The position numbers were made by a program, and so were the translations under genes. Source: Verrucomicrobiales bacterium (GTDB lineage Bacteria > Actinomycetota > Acidimicrobiia > Acidimicrobiales > SHLQ01). From it: a stretch of DNA of 64,000 nucleotides. This document shows, piece by piece, positions 1-8,780 of the stretch. The first letter of the stretch is position 1. Every line of letters starts with the position of its first letter. The stretch is taken from NCBI GenBank assembly GCA_047638715.1, contig JBLIMK010000004.1:4524-68523 (forward strand), written 5' to 3'. The notes below the pieces were generated by a model. The model was given only the letters and a program-made list of their open reading frames with translations, was not told the DNA's origin and made no database searches.

Positions 1-855
1 CCATTCGTGATGATCGGTGAGCGCATCAACCCCACTGGACGAAAGCTCCTCGCCGAAGAGATGAAGAACGGCGACTTCAGTCGTGTGGTCGCCGATGCGA
101 TCGCCCAGGTCGAAGCCGGCGCCCAGATGCTCGACATCAATGCCGGTATTCCGCTCGCGGACGAGCCGGCACTCCTCGTCAGGGCAATCAAAGAGGTTCA
201 GGCCGTCACCGACGTACCGATCAGCATCGACTCGTCGATCGTTGAAGCGCTCGAGGCTGCGATCGCCATCTATGAGGGCAAGCCGCTCATCAACTCGGTA
301 ACCGGCGAAGAAGAAGTTCTCGAGAGGGTGCTGCCCTTCGTGGCAAAACACGGTGCCGCCGTCGTCGCAATTTCCAACGATGAGACGGGCATCTCCGAGG
401 ATCCAAACGTTCGTTTCGAGGTAGCGAAGAAGATCGTGAACCGCGCAGCGGACTTTGGGATTCCAGCAGCCGACGTCGTGGTCGACCCGCTCGTCATGCC
501 GATCGGAGCAATGGGTACTGCCGGCCGGCAGGTCTTTGAGCTCGTTGGTCGTCTGCGCACCGAGCTCGGAGTGAACACCACCTGCGGTGCCTCGAACGTG
601 AGTTTCGGCCTTCCTGCCCGCCACCACATCACCGGCAACTTCCTGTCGATGGCGATCGGCGCCGGCATGACGTCCGCGATCATGAGCCCTCTCCACGAAG
701 AGGTGAAGAACTGCGTCATGGCAGCCAACGTGCTCAACGGCCATGACCTGAATTGTGCCGCCTGGATCGCCGCCAAGCGCGACCCCAACGCTGGCAGTGG
801 TGCTGGCGGTGCTCGTCGCCGCGGCGGACGCCGTCGCCCCGGCGCAGGCAGCTAA
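1..855 (+). CDS. pterin-binding (DHPS-like TIM barrel) methyltransferase, methylcorrinoid:tetrahydrofolate methyltransferase type (MtgA/MtrH/AcsE-like); N-terminus cut by window edge
   Basis: The frame of ORF 7..855 is open back to nt 1 (PF-VMIGERINPTG). IGERINPTG, LDINAG, SIDSS, LINSV and GASNVSFGLP resemble pterin-binding methyltransferase motifs. There is a 5-nt gap to the next gene. Confidence 0.8.
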   Translation, partial: PFVMIGERINPTGRKLLAEEMKNGDFSRVVADAIAQVEAGAQMLDINAGIPLADEPALLVRAIKEVQAVTDVPISIDSSIVEALEAAIAIYEGKPLINSVTGEEEVLERVLPFVAKHGAAVVAISNDETGISEDPNVRFEVAKKIVNRAADFGIPAADVVVDPLVMPIGAMGTAGRQVFELVGRLRTELGVNTTCGASNVSFGLPARHHITGNFLSMAIGAGMTSAIMSPLHEEVKNCVMAANVLNGHDLNCAAWIAAKRDPNAGSGAGGARRRGGRRRPGAGS

Positions 856-860
856 GCATC

Positions 861-2909
861 ATGTCGGAGTCTGTTCACGTCGTCTTCACGCCTTCTGGCC
901 GACAGGGTGACGTTGCACGTGGCACCAACATCTTGGATGCTGCCCGTGAGCTTGGCGTCGACCTCGATACCGTCTGCGGAGGACGCGGGATTTGCGGTCG
1001 CTGCCAGGTCGTGCCCGAGATCGGCGAATTCGCAAAACATGGCATCACCTCTGGCCCGGACAGCATTAGCGAACCCGGCCCGAGTGAGACCTCGGACTAC
1101 CGAGGCCGCCGGCCGCTGGGCTCGGATCGTCATCGTCTCGGCTGCCATGCACAAATCTGTGGTGACCTCGTCGTCGATGTGCCTCCGGAGAGCCAAGTTC
1201 ACCGCCAAGTCATCCGGAAGCGGCTCGAGGTCGACAACATCGAGGTCGACCCGGTAACTCGGCTCCACTTCACCACCGTTATCGCACAGGAGCTCGATAC
1301 GCCACGAAGCGAACTCGATCTGCTCCGCGATGCGCTCGGGCTCGAGTGGGATTTACACGATCTGGTCGCGCCACTCGCAGCTGTACAAGAGATTCAAGCC
1401 GTTCTCACAAAAGGCCGCGAAATCACCGTCGCCGTGCGCGACGAAACCGAGATCGTTGCGGCATGGGCTGGCTACCACGACACCATTTATGGCGTGGCTG
1501 TCGATATCGGGTCGACGACAATTGCAGGTCATCTCCTCGATCTCGGCACCGGGGATGCCCTCTCCACGAGCGGGCTCATGAATCCACAGATCAAGTTCGG
1601 CGAGGATCTGATGAGCCGGGTCAGCTACGTCATGATGAACCCGGGTGGTGAAGTCGACCTCACGAACACGATCCGCGCGGCATTGAACGACCTCGTTCTC
1701 GAACTCGCCACCGAAGCCGGCATCGACCCCGTCGACATCCTCGAAATCGTTCTGGTCGGTAACCCGATCATGCACCACCTGCTCCTCGGACTCGACGCGG
1801 TGCCCCTCGGTGGCGCTCCGTTCGCCCTCGCGACCGACGGCGCAGTTGAAACTCGTGCGTCGTTTCTTGGCCTCGAGTGCCGTGACATCACCCGCGTCTA
1901 CGTTCTGCCGTGCATTGCCGGCCACGTCGGCGCCGACACCGCCGGCGCAATCCTCTCCGAGCGCCCCGACAAGTCGACCGACATCCAACTGTTGGTCGAC
2001 ATTGGAACCAACGCAGAGATCATTCTCGGGAACCACGAACATCTCCTCGCCGCATCATCACCGACCGGCCCGGCGTTCGAGGGAGCGCAGATCTCTTCGG
2101 GTCAGCGTGCGACCGTCGGTGCGATCGAACGGGTTCGTATCGACCCCGAAACGCTCGAGCCACGTTTCAAGATCATTGGCGCCGATGCGTGGAGTAACGA
2201 ACCCGAATTCGTCGAACAAACGAAGAAGATCACCATCACCGGCATCTGTGGATCAGGAATTATTGAGGTCGTCGCCGAGATGATGCTCGCCGGTGTGATC
2301 TCGGCGGACGGCGTCGTCGATGGAACGCTCACCGAACGTTCCCATCGAATCGTGCCCGACCACCGAACCTTTTCGTACCTCCTTCACGAAGGGGCGCCGA
2401 ACGTCTATGTCACCCAAAACGATGTGCGGGCAATTCAGCTAGCAAAAGCCGCGCTGTACGCGGGCATCAAGCTCTTGATGGATCATCGGGGCATCGACAC
2501 CGTCGACTCGATTCGTTTGGCCGGCGCATTTGGAAGCCACATCGACCCTGTCTACGCCGTCGCCCTTGGACTCGTTCCAGACTGCGACATCGAGCGCGTC
2601 TCAGCGGCTGGCAACGCCGCTGGCACCGGGGCGGTCATCGCTCTGCTATCGGCAAAGGCACGACGCACGATCGAGGAACTCATTCCGCAGATCACGAAGA
2701 TCGAAACCGCGACCGAAGCAAGCTTTCAACAGCACTTCGTCGAGGCCATGGCGATTCCCCACGCCGTTGCCGAATACCCGCACCTCTCGAAGGTGCTCGC
2801 CCTACCCGAACGCCGATTCGCGAACGCAGCTGCTGCAGGCGGAACGGCCGCCGGCCGCCGGCGCCGCCGCCGTCCGGCCGCTGAAAGCCAGGAGACCGAA
2901 AATGACTGA
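861..2909 (+). CDS. RACo/AcsV-type reductive activator of corrinoid proteins (N-terminal 2Fe-2S ferredoxin domain plus ASKHA ATPase body)
   Basis: ATG 861 lies just after the upstream stop. It has the plant-type ferredoxin motif CGGRGICGRCQV, then DIGSTTIAGHL, VDIGTNAEI and TGICGSG ATPase-like motifs. The upstream 36 codons of ORF 753.. overlap gene 1 and look non-coding. Confidence 0.8.
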   Translation: MSESVHVVFTPSGRQGDVARGTNILDAARELGVDLDTVCGGRGICGRCQVVPEIGEFAKHGITSGPDSISEPGPSETSDYRGRRPLGSDRHRLGCHAQICGDLVVDVPPESQVHRQVIRKRLEVDNIEVDPVTRLHFTTVIAQELDTPRSELDLLRDALGLEWDLHDLVAPLAAVQEIQAVLTKGREITVAVRDETEIVAAWAGYHDTIYGVAVDIGSTTIAGHLLDLGTGDALSTSGLMNPQIKFGEDLMSRVSYVMMNPGGEVDLTNTIRAALNDLVLELATEAGIDPVDILEIVLVGNPIMHHLLLGLDAVPLGGAPFALATDGAVETRASFLGLECRDITRVYVLPCIAGHVGADTAGAILSERPDKSTDIQLLVDIGTNAEIILGNHEHLLAASSPTGPAFEGAQISSGQRATVGAIERVRIDPETLEPRFKIIGADAWSNEPEFVEQTKKITITGICGSGIIEVVAEMMLAGVISADGVVDGTLTERSHRIVPDHRTFSYLLHEGAPNVYVTQNDVRAIQLAKAALYAGIKLLMDHRGIDTVDSIRLAGAFGSHIDPVYAVALGLVPDCDIERVSAAGNAAGTGAVIALLSAKARRTIEELIPQITKIETATEASFQQHFVEAMAIPHAVAEYPHLSKVLALPERRFANAAAAGGTAAGRRRRRRPAAESQETEND

Positions 2910-4449
2910 AGATGCACCACGCAAAGGACGTCGAAGCGGAGGCGGGCGCGCTGGTCGCCAAGCCCTACGCGCAGCCAGCGGTGCCGAGACACAGGCGTTC
3001 CTCACCCGCGCCCTCGAACCGGTCAGCGTCCTCGACGAAGAGGGCTTGACGACGATCGAAGCCAACGCGGAGATCATCCTCAGCGAGGTCGGGATTCAGT
3101 TCAACGGATACCCGAGGGCGCTCAAGCTCTTGGAAAACGCAGGCTGCACGGTCGACGGGGAGAAGGTGTATTTCCCCAAGGGGCTCGCTCGCAAGATCGT
3201 GCAAGACAACGCGCCGAAGGAATACACCCAGTCCGCTCGCAACCCCGAGCGGAACCTCGAGATCGGTGGCAAGAACACCGTCTTCGCTCCGAACTACGGA
3301 TCGCCGTTCATCACCGACCTCGACGAGGGTCGCCGCTACGCCACGATCAACGACTTCCAGAACATCGTGAAGCTCGCCTACATGCTCCCACACCTGCATA
3401 TGAGCGGCGGCACGGTGTGCGAACCGGTTGACGTTCCTGTCAACAAGCGTCACCTCGACATGGTGTACTCGCACTTGCGTTACTCCGACAAGGGTCTGAT
3501 GGGGTCGGTGACCGCTCCAGAACGAGCGCAGGATTCGGTCGAGCTCTGCCGTATTGCGTTCGGCGGCGATCTGCAAGGTAAGACCGTCATGACCTCGCTC
3601 ATCAACGCCAACTCCCCTCTTGCCTGGGACGAAACAATGCTCGGCGCCGCCGACGTCTATGCCAGCAACAATCAGGCGTGCATCATGTCACCGTTCATTC
3701 TCATGGGTGCAATGTCTCCGGTGAGCCTCGCTGGCCTCGCCGCTCAAGCGCTCGCCGAAGCCCTGTCGGGCATGGCGTTCGTGCAACTCGTCAACCCAGG
3801 CGCACCCGTCATCTTCGGCACGTTTGCCACATCGATGTCGATGGCAACTGGAGCGCCCACGTTTGGCACCCCCGAAGGCGGTCTCGCCATCTACATCATG
3901 GCCGAGCTCGCACGGCGCGTCGGTGTGCCGTTCCGTTCCGGCGGCCAATTCACCTCGTCGAAGTACCCGGACGCCCAGGCCGCGTACGAGTCGGCCAACT
4001 CGTTGCTCCCAACCATGCAGGCGGGTGTGAACTTCGTGTTGCACGCTGCTGGATGGATCGAAGGTGGCCTCGCCATCTCGATGGAGAAGCTCATCATGGA
4101 CGCTGACCAGCTCGGAATGATGGCCGTGTATGCCAAGGGCGTCGACATGTCTGAGAACGCTCAAGCAATGGAATCATTCCGGACGAACGAGCACGGCCAG
4201 CACTTCCTCGGGACCGCGCACACGCTCGCGAACTTTGAGACCGCCTTCTACCGCAGCAGCGTTTCGGACAACAACAGTTACGAACAGTGGCTTGAGGATG
4301 GCAGCAGCACCGCAGCTCAACGAGCAAACGCGACGTGGAAGCAGATGCTCAACGACTACGAAGCGCCAGCGATCGACTCGGCTCGCGTCGAGGAAATGGA
4401 CGAGTACATCGCGAAACGAAAAGGTGAGATGCCCGACGCGATTGGGTAG
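2902..4449 (+). CDS. MttB-superfamily methyltransferase, non-pyrrolysine member (quaternary amine/glycine-betaine-type substrate:corrinoid methyltransferase)
   Basis: ATG 2902 is preceded by GGAG and overlaps the RACo stop by 8 nt. The product is 515 aa, a typical MttB-family length, with the N-terminal Arg-rich segment RKGRRSGGGRAGR. The frame has no internal TAG. Confidence 0.85.
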   Translation: MTEDAPRKGRRSGGGRAGRQALRAASGAETQAFLTRALEPVSVLDEEGLTTIEANAEIILSEVGIQFNGYPRALKLLENAGCTVDGEKVYFPKGLARKIVQDNAPKEYTQSARNPERNLEIGGKNTVFAPNYGSPFITDLDEGRRYATINDFQNIVKLAYMLPHLHMSGGTVCEPVDVPVNKRHLDMVYSHLRYSDKGLMGSVTAPERAQDSVELCRIAFGGDLQGKTVMTSLINANSPLAWDETMLGAADVYASNNQACIMSPFILMGAMSPVSLAGLAAQALAEALSGMAFVQLVNPGAPVIFGTFATSMSMATGAPTFGTPEGGLAIYIMAELARRVGVPFRSGGQFTSSKYPDAQAAYESANSLLPTMQAGVNFVLHAAGWIEGGLAISMEKLIMDADQLGMMAVYAKGVDMSENAQAMESFRTNEHGQHFLGTAHTLANFETAFYRSSVSDNNSYEQWLEDGSSTAAQRANATWKQMLNDYEAPAIDSARVEEMDEYIAKRKGEMPDAIG

Positions 4450-4501
4450 CCGGTTTTCCGGGCTTCACCTGGTCGCTCGTGTCCCGCTCGGGAAATCCCG
4501 C

Positions 4502-5275
4502 CTATGCGATGGTTGTGCCGAGGAGCGTGCCGATCGCGAACGTGATCGCACATGCGCCAGCGGCCCAGGTGACTTGACGCATCGCGGTTCGTACTCGTGA
4601 ACGTTCGGTGAAACGGGCGAGCAAGACGCCGACGAGAGCTGCGGCGACGAGACCAACAACTACCGATGCGATCATGGCGGCGGTACCCTCGGCCAAGAAC
4701 CACGGGATCAGCGGAAGAATGGCACCTATTCCGAAGGCTACAAACGAGCTCGATGCTGCACCGACCGGGTCGCCGATGTCATCGGGGTTGACGCCGAGTT
4801 CTTCTCGGGCATGGACTTCCAACGCGACCTCAGGGTCTTCGTGTACTGCGGTTGCCAATTCGAGCGCTAAGTCTCGATCGAGTCCGCGGTTGGTATAGAT
4901 CGCCTGCAATTCGCGCAGCTCACCGGTTGGGTTATTCGCCAACGATTCCCGCTCGATCCTCAGCTCGCGTTCGATGAGTTCGTTCTGCGCCTTCATCGAC
5001 ACGTATTCCCCTGCAGCCATCGACGTCGCTCCGGCGAGGAGGCCAGAGACGCCTGCGATCATGACGCTGCTCGATCCCGCATCGGTGCCCGATGCTGCCG
5101 CAACGCCCAAAATCAATGCGACGTTAGACACCAACCCGTCGCTAATCCCAAAAATGGCTGCCCGAGCTGCACCGCCCTGGATGTCTCGGTGATCGTGCAC
5201 CATGTGAGAATGCACGTGGTCTCGGTGATCAGGCTCTGCGTCGTGATCATGATCATGGTCGTGCGTCTCGGACAT
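4502..5275 (-). CDS. VIT1/CCC1-family Fe/Mn transporter with His/Asp-rich N-terminal segment
   Basis: ATG at 5275 (MSETHDHDHDHD...). It carries the GISDGLVSNVALILGVAAA motif, the MAAGEYVS motif and C-terminal TM helices typical of VIT1. The ORF extension to 5371 is probably non-coding. Confidence 0.8.
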   Translation of the reverse strand: MSETHDHDHDHDAEPDHRDHVHSHMVHDHRDIQGGAARAAIFGISDGLVSNVALILGVAAASGTDAGSSSVMIAGVSGLLAGATSMAAGEYVSMKAQNELIERELRIERESLANNPTGELRELQAIYTNRGLDRDLALELATAVHEDPEVALEVHAREELGVNPDDIGDPVGAASSSFVAFGIGAILPLIPWFLAEGTAAMIASVVVGLVAAALVGVLLARFTERSRVRTAMRQVTWAAGACAITFAIGTLLGTTIA

Positions 5276-5378
5276 AGCTCGAACCTTACCCACGCGGCGA
5301 CTCAGCACCGGTGCCCCGGGGTGCCTGATCTTTGGCGACAAGCGAAGCAAGACATCTGTGAAAAGTGCCACACACAGA

Positions 5379-5397
5379 ATGTGTTAGGCATGCTTTA
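5379..5397. promoter_or_regulatory. weak candidate DtxR/IdeR-type iron box in the divergent VIT1/fbpA promoter region
   Basis: ATGTGTTAGGCATGCTTTA matches the remembered 19-bp IdeR consensus TTAGGTTAGGCTAACCTAA at about 11/19 positions, with a perfect central GTTAGGC. It lies 20-35 nt upstream of the fbpA-like start. Confidence 0.25.
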
Positions 5398-5430
5398 CAA
5401 CAATTGGATTTAGTGCGTATGATTCTCTAC

Positions 5431-6504
5431 ATGAATTACAATATTCTTCCCCCCGTATTGGCCCTCGCTCTGCTCACCACGGCTTGTGGCGGCGTAGCAA
5501 CCATCCCCAACAGTCTCGACGGCGCTGCCGCCGCGATCTACTCCGACGATTGTTCCGAGACGACCGGCGAACAGGTCACGATCTACAGCGGCCGGAGCAA
5601 GGACCTCATTGAGCCGGCGCTCGACGCGTTCGAATGTGCCACCGGCATCTCCACCGTCACGAACTTCGGCGACCCAACCGACCTTGCTCTGAATCTCGTC
5701 GAAGAAGGCGACCGCACCCCAGCCGATGTGTTTCTCTCTAAGTCGCCCGGTGCGGTCGGGTTTCTCCAGAACGCGGGAGTGCTTCGGGAGCTCAGCAGCG
5801 ACGTCACCGACCTCGTGGCCGACGAGAACACCGCAGCGAGCGGAACGTGGGTTGGCATCACCGGCCGCCAGCGCGTGCTCGTCTACAACATCGACCTCGT
5901 CGATGCCTCCGACCTTCCTTCCTCGATACTTGAACTCACGGACGAGAAGTACCGCGGCAAGGTGGGGATCCCCGCCGGCAACGGCTCATTCCAAGACTGG
6001 TTCACGGTCTTTCGGGCTCAGCACGGCGACGACGTAGCAACTGCGTGGATAAACGACATGGTCGCGAACGAAGCAATCGTTACCGAGTCGAACCGCCCGA
6101 CCGTCGATGCCGTCGGCCGTGGCGAGTTCGAATTCGGACTGGTGAACCACTACTACAACTATCAGGAAGTAGCCGCGCTCGGCGATGCCCACCGAGCGCT
6201 GAACCACACGTTCGCGGCAGACGACATTGGCTCGCTGGTCATCGTGACCGCAGCTGGCGTAACGACCAACTCGGACAACGTCGACGAAGCCGAAGAACTC
6301 ATCTCGTTCCTGCTCTCCGAAGGCGCACAAACGTACTTCACCACAGACACCCTCGAATATCCGCTTAGCGCCAACGTCGAGCCAGCCGACGTTCTTCCTC
6401 CCCTCGGCGATGACGGTGCCGACTTCGATGTGAAGTTCGACGATCTCGGTGACGGACTCCAACGGACGATCGAAATTATTGAAGCGAGCGGCATCAACGG
6501 ATGA
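5431..6504 (+). CDS. Fe(3+) ABC transporter substrate-binding lipoprotein (FbpA/AfuA-like)
   Basis: Signal peptide with Cys (ALALLTTAC-GG). TIYSGRSKDLIEPALDAFE, RVLVYN and NHYYNY motifs are typical of ferric-binding proteins. Its stop overlaps the permease start (ATGA). An alternative start is at 5419. Confidence 0.75.
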   Translation: MNYNILPPVLALALLTTACGGVATIPNSLDGAAAAIYSDDCSETTGEQVTIYSGRSKDLIEPALDAFECATGISTVTNFGDPTDLALNLVEEGDRTPADVFLSKSPGAVGFLQNAGVLRELSSDVTDLVADENTAASGTWVGITGRQRVLVYNIDLVDASDLPSSILELTDEKYRGKVGIPAGNGSFQDWFTVFRAQHGDDVATAWINDMVANEAIVTESNRPTVDAVGRGEFEFGLVNHYYNYQEVAALGDAHRALNHTFAADDIGSLVIVTAAGVTTNSDNVDEAEELISFLLSEGAQTYFTTDTLEYPLSANVEPADVLPPLGDDGADFDVKFDDLGDGLQRTIEIIEASGING

Positions 6505-8087
6505 CCAATACGGCGAGGGCGCCACGAGCTCCGCTGCCCCTCCGGGCTCTTGCAGCCGTTGCGAGCATCTTGCTCGCTGGCCCCGCTGCGTATCTGATCA
6601 TCCGGAACTTCACTTCCGACGCCGATCCAATCGGGCTCCTGTTCTCTGAACAAACGCGGGGCCCATTGTGGAGGACCGTGAAGTTGGCGACGCTGGTGAG
6701 TCTTAGCTCTGGCGTAATTGGGGTGGGCCTCGCCTGGCTCACCAGCCGGACCGATCTCCCGATGCGCAAGACGTTTCGGATCCTCCTGACATTGCCGCTC
6801 GTCTACCCGACGTTCCTCGGCGCAGCGGCCTTAGTACGCACCCTCAATCCCGGTGGCCTCATCAACAACGCCCTAACCACCGTCGGGATCGATCGAACAC
6901 CCACGCTCGGAGGACTCTGGGGCGCATGGCTCGTGCTCACGATGTTTACCTACCCCTACGTCTATTTGCCCGTCGCTGCGCGATTCTCGAAGTTGCCCGG
7001 CTCGATCGAGCAATCGGCACGACTTCTTGGCAATAGCGCCTTCCACGTCTTTCGACGAATCATCCTCCCCCAAGCGTCGGGCTCGATCGCTGCCGGGATG
7101 CTCCTCGTGTTCCTCTATGCAATTTCGGATTTTGGGGCGGTGTCGATCTTGCGTTACGACACTCTGACGAGGGCCATCGAAGCGAATCAGCTCAACCGAC
7201 CTGTCGCACTCGCACTGAGCCTTCTCCTCCTCGTTATCGCCGGGATCGTCGTGCTCGCTGAACGTGCCGCGCAACGCCGGCGTCGGCCAGGCACCACCAT
7301 CCGTTCGGACCGGGCAGCGAAGGTTCAACTCGGCCGAGCACGAATACCCGCCTTTGTCGTCGCAAGCCTGATCGCCCTGTTGTCACTCGGTGCGCCACTC
7401 GCTGCGATCATCGACTGGAGTGTTCGTGGCCTCGCCCAAGGACGCACTCTCACAATCGACACTGGCGAAGTCGCGCGCGTCACGTGGCACACGCTTGCGG
7501 TCAGCGCTGTCGCTGCCCTGGCCACAGTGCTCCTCGTCCTCCCAATCGCCGTGCTCTATGGTCGCTACCGATCTCGGATCGGGGCCGTCGGAAACGCAGT
7601 TGCGATATCCACCTTCGCGCTCCCCGGGATTCTGGTCGCCCTCGCAGGCACCTTCTTCATCCGACAGACCAACTGGACCTTCAACACCTTCCACAACACG
7701 ATGGTGGTGCTCATCTTCGCCTACGTCGTCCGATTCGCAGCGCTTGCCATGGGAACGTCCCTCCTTGCGGTGCTCGCTGTCCCCGATCGGATGCGTGACG
7801 CGTCACAAACCCTTGGAGCGACGGGGTTTCGAAGATTCGTGAGCGTCGACCTCCCGCTAATGGCACCTGGCCTTCTCGCTGCCGGCGGACTCGTACTGCT
7901 GTCGGTCATGAAGGAGCTACCGATCAGCTTGCTGCTGTCGCCGTTCGAGTTCGAGACGCTCTCAACTCGAATATTCAGCACCTTCAACGAGTCGTTCGTG
8001 ACCGAAGCAGGCCTAATGGCACTCGCTCTCGTCGGTCTCTCGTTCGTGGCGACGTGGTTCTTGGTGATCCGCCCTAGCGAGCGGTAA
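6501..8087 (+). CDS. Fe(3+) ABC transporter permease, duplicated-domain type (FbpB-like)
   Basis: 528-aa polytopic membrane protein with two tandem ABC permease domains. It is translationally coupled to the binding-protein gene. Confidence 0.85.
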   Translation: MTNTARAPRAPLPLRALAAVASILLAGPAAYLIIRNFTSDADPIGLLFSEQTRGPLWRTVKLATLVSLSSGVIGVGLAWLTSRTDLPMRKTFRILLTLPLVYPTFLGAAALVRTLNPGGLINNALTTVGIDRTPTLGGLWGAWLVLTMFTYPYVYLPVAARFSKLPGSIEQSARLLGNSAFHVFRRIILPQASGSIAAGMLLVFLYAISDFGAVSILRYDTLTRAIEANQLNRPVALALSLLLLVIAGIVVLAERAAQRRRRPGTTIRSDRAAKVQLGRARIPAFVVASLIALLSLGAPLAAIIDWSVRGLAQGRTLTIDTGEVARVTWHTLAVSAVAALATVLLVLPIAVLYGRYRSRIGAVGNAVAISTFALPGILVALAGTFFIRQTNWTFNTFHNTMVVLIFAYVVRFAALAMGTSLLAVLAVPDRMRDASQTLGATGFRRFVSVDLPLMAPGLLAAGGLVLLSVMKELPISLLLSPFEFETLSTRIFSTFNESFVTEAGLMALALVGLSFVATWFLVIRPSER

Positions 8088-8748
8088 CGACGATTCGTTC
8101 ACCGGCGAACGGTCCAATGCCGAATGGCCGTCCGTCGACCTCGACAGTCGTGGTGCCGTCTGGAGCCACTGCTCGGACAATGCCCGATTGACCAGGGGTA
8201 ACACCAACCTCTTCGAGGTATTCGAGAAGACCCGGCTCGAATTCGAGTTCCTCGGGAATCCGTTGGACGGTGAAGACGTCGCCCTCTTTCATGAGGCCGA
8301 GAACCGTTGCATCGATGGGACGCTTGTAGTCCGAACCCGGAATTGGATTGCCGTGCGGACAGGTCGTTGGATTTCCTAAGACGCGAGTGAGCGCTTGTTC
8401 AACGACGGGGCTGATCACGTGCTCCCATTTACCAGCTTCATGGTGCGCCTCCGCCCAGCTCAGATCGAGCATGTCGGTAAGGAAGCGTTCGGCTAGTCGG
8501 TGACGACGCACGACCTGCTGTGCGAGCGTCATGCCGTCGTCGGACAAGCTCAGTTCGCCCGTTCCGTCGACGTTCACCAGGCCTTCACGTTCCATCTTTC
8601 GGATCATCTCGGATACGGCGGGACGAGAGACTTTGAGACGCTCGGCAATACGCGCCTGTATTACGTCGAGTCCGTCCTCGCTCAATTCAAAGATCGTTTC
8701 GCAGTACTCTTCGAAGGCGGGGTGGTATTCGGGAGCTTCATAGACCAC
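8074..8748 (-). CDS. ideR: DtxR/IdeR-family iron-dependent transcriptional repressor
   Basis: GTG start with a GAGGA RBS. It has an HTH region (IAERLKVSRPAVSEMIRKM), a metal-site region (RRHRLAERFL, HHEAGKWEH) and a C-terminal SH3-like domain. Its 3' end overlaps the permease 3' end by 14 nt (convergent). Confidence 0.9.
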   Translation of the reverse strand: MVYEAPEYHPAFEEYCETIFELSEDGLDVIQARIAERLKVSRPAVSEMIRKMEREGLVNVDGTGELSLSDDGMTLAQQVVRRHRLAERFLTDMLDLSWAEAHHEAGKWEHVISPVVEQALTRVLGNPTTCPHGNPIPGSDYKRPIDATVLGLMKEGDVFTVQRIPEELEFEPGLLEYLEEVGVTPGQSGIVRAVAPDGTTTVEVDGRPFGIGPFAGERIVVTAR

Positions 8749-8780
8749 GATCCTCAGACTAGCTGCCGTAGATTGACAAC

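Noticed and set aside
2530-2901. N-terminal extensions of track ORFs (e.g. 2530-2901, 753-860, 12921-13169, 51655-52227, 40516-40800, 24445-24636)
   Set aside because: The extensions overlap the preceding gene, are Arg/Pro/Ser-rich, and are followed by internal starts that have an RBS or a stop/start overlap and match family N-termini.
2902-4449. Pyrrolysine-encoding trimethylamine methyltransferase (in-frame amber codon)
   Set aside because: The frame is uninterrupted with no internal TAG. I therefore called it a non-Pyl MttB-family member of unknown substrate.
5276-5420. yybP-ykoY manganese riboswitch upstream of the VIT1 gene
   Set aside because: I could not recognise the conserved core of that riboswitch. 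Only short GC palindromes (GCACCGGTGC, CCCCGGGG) are present.
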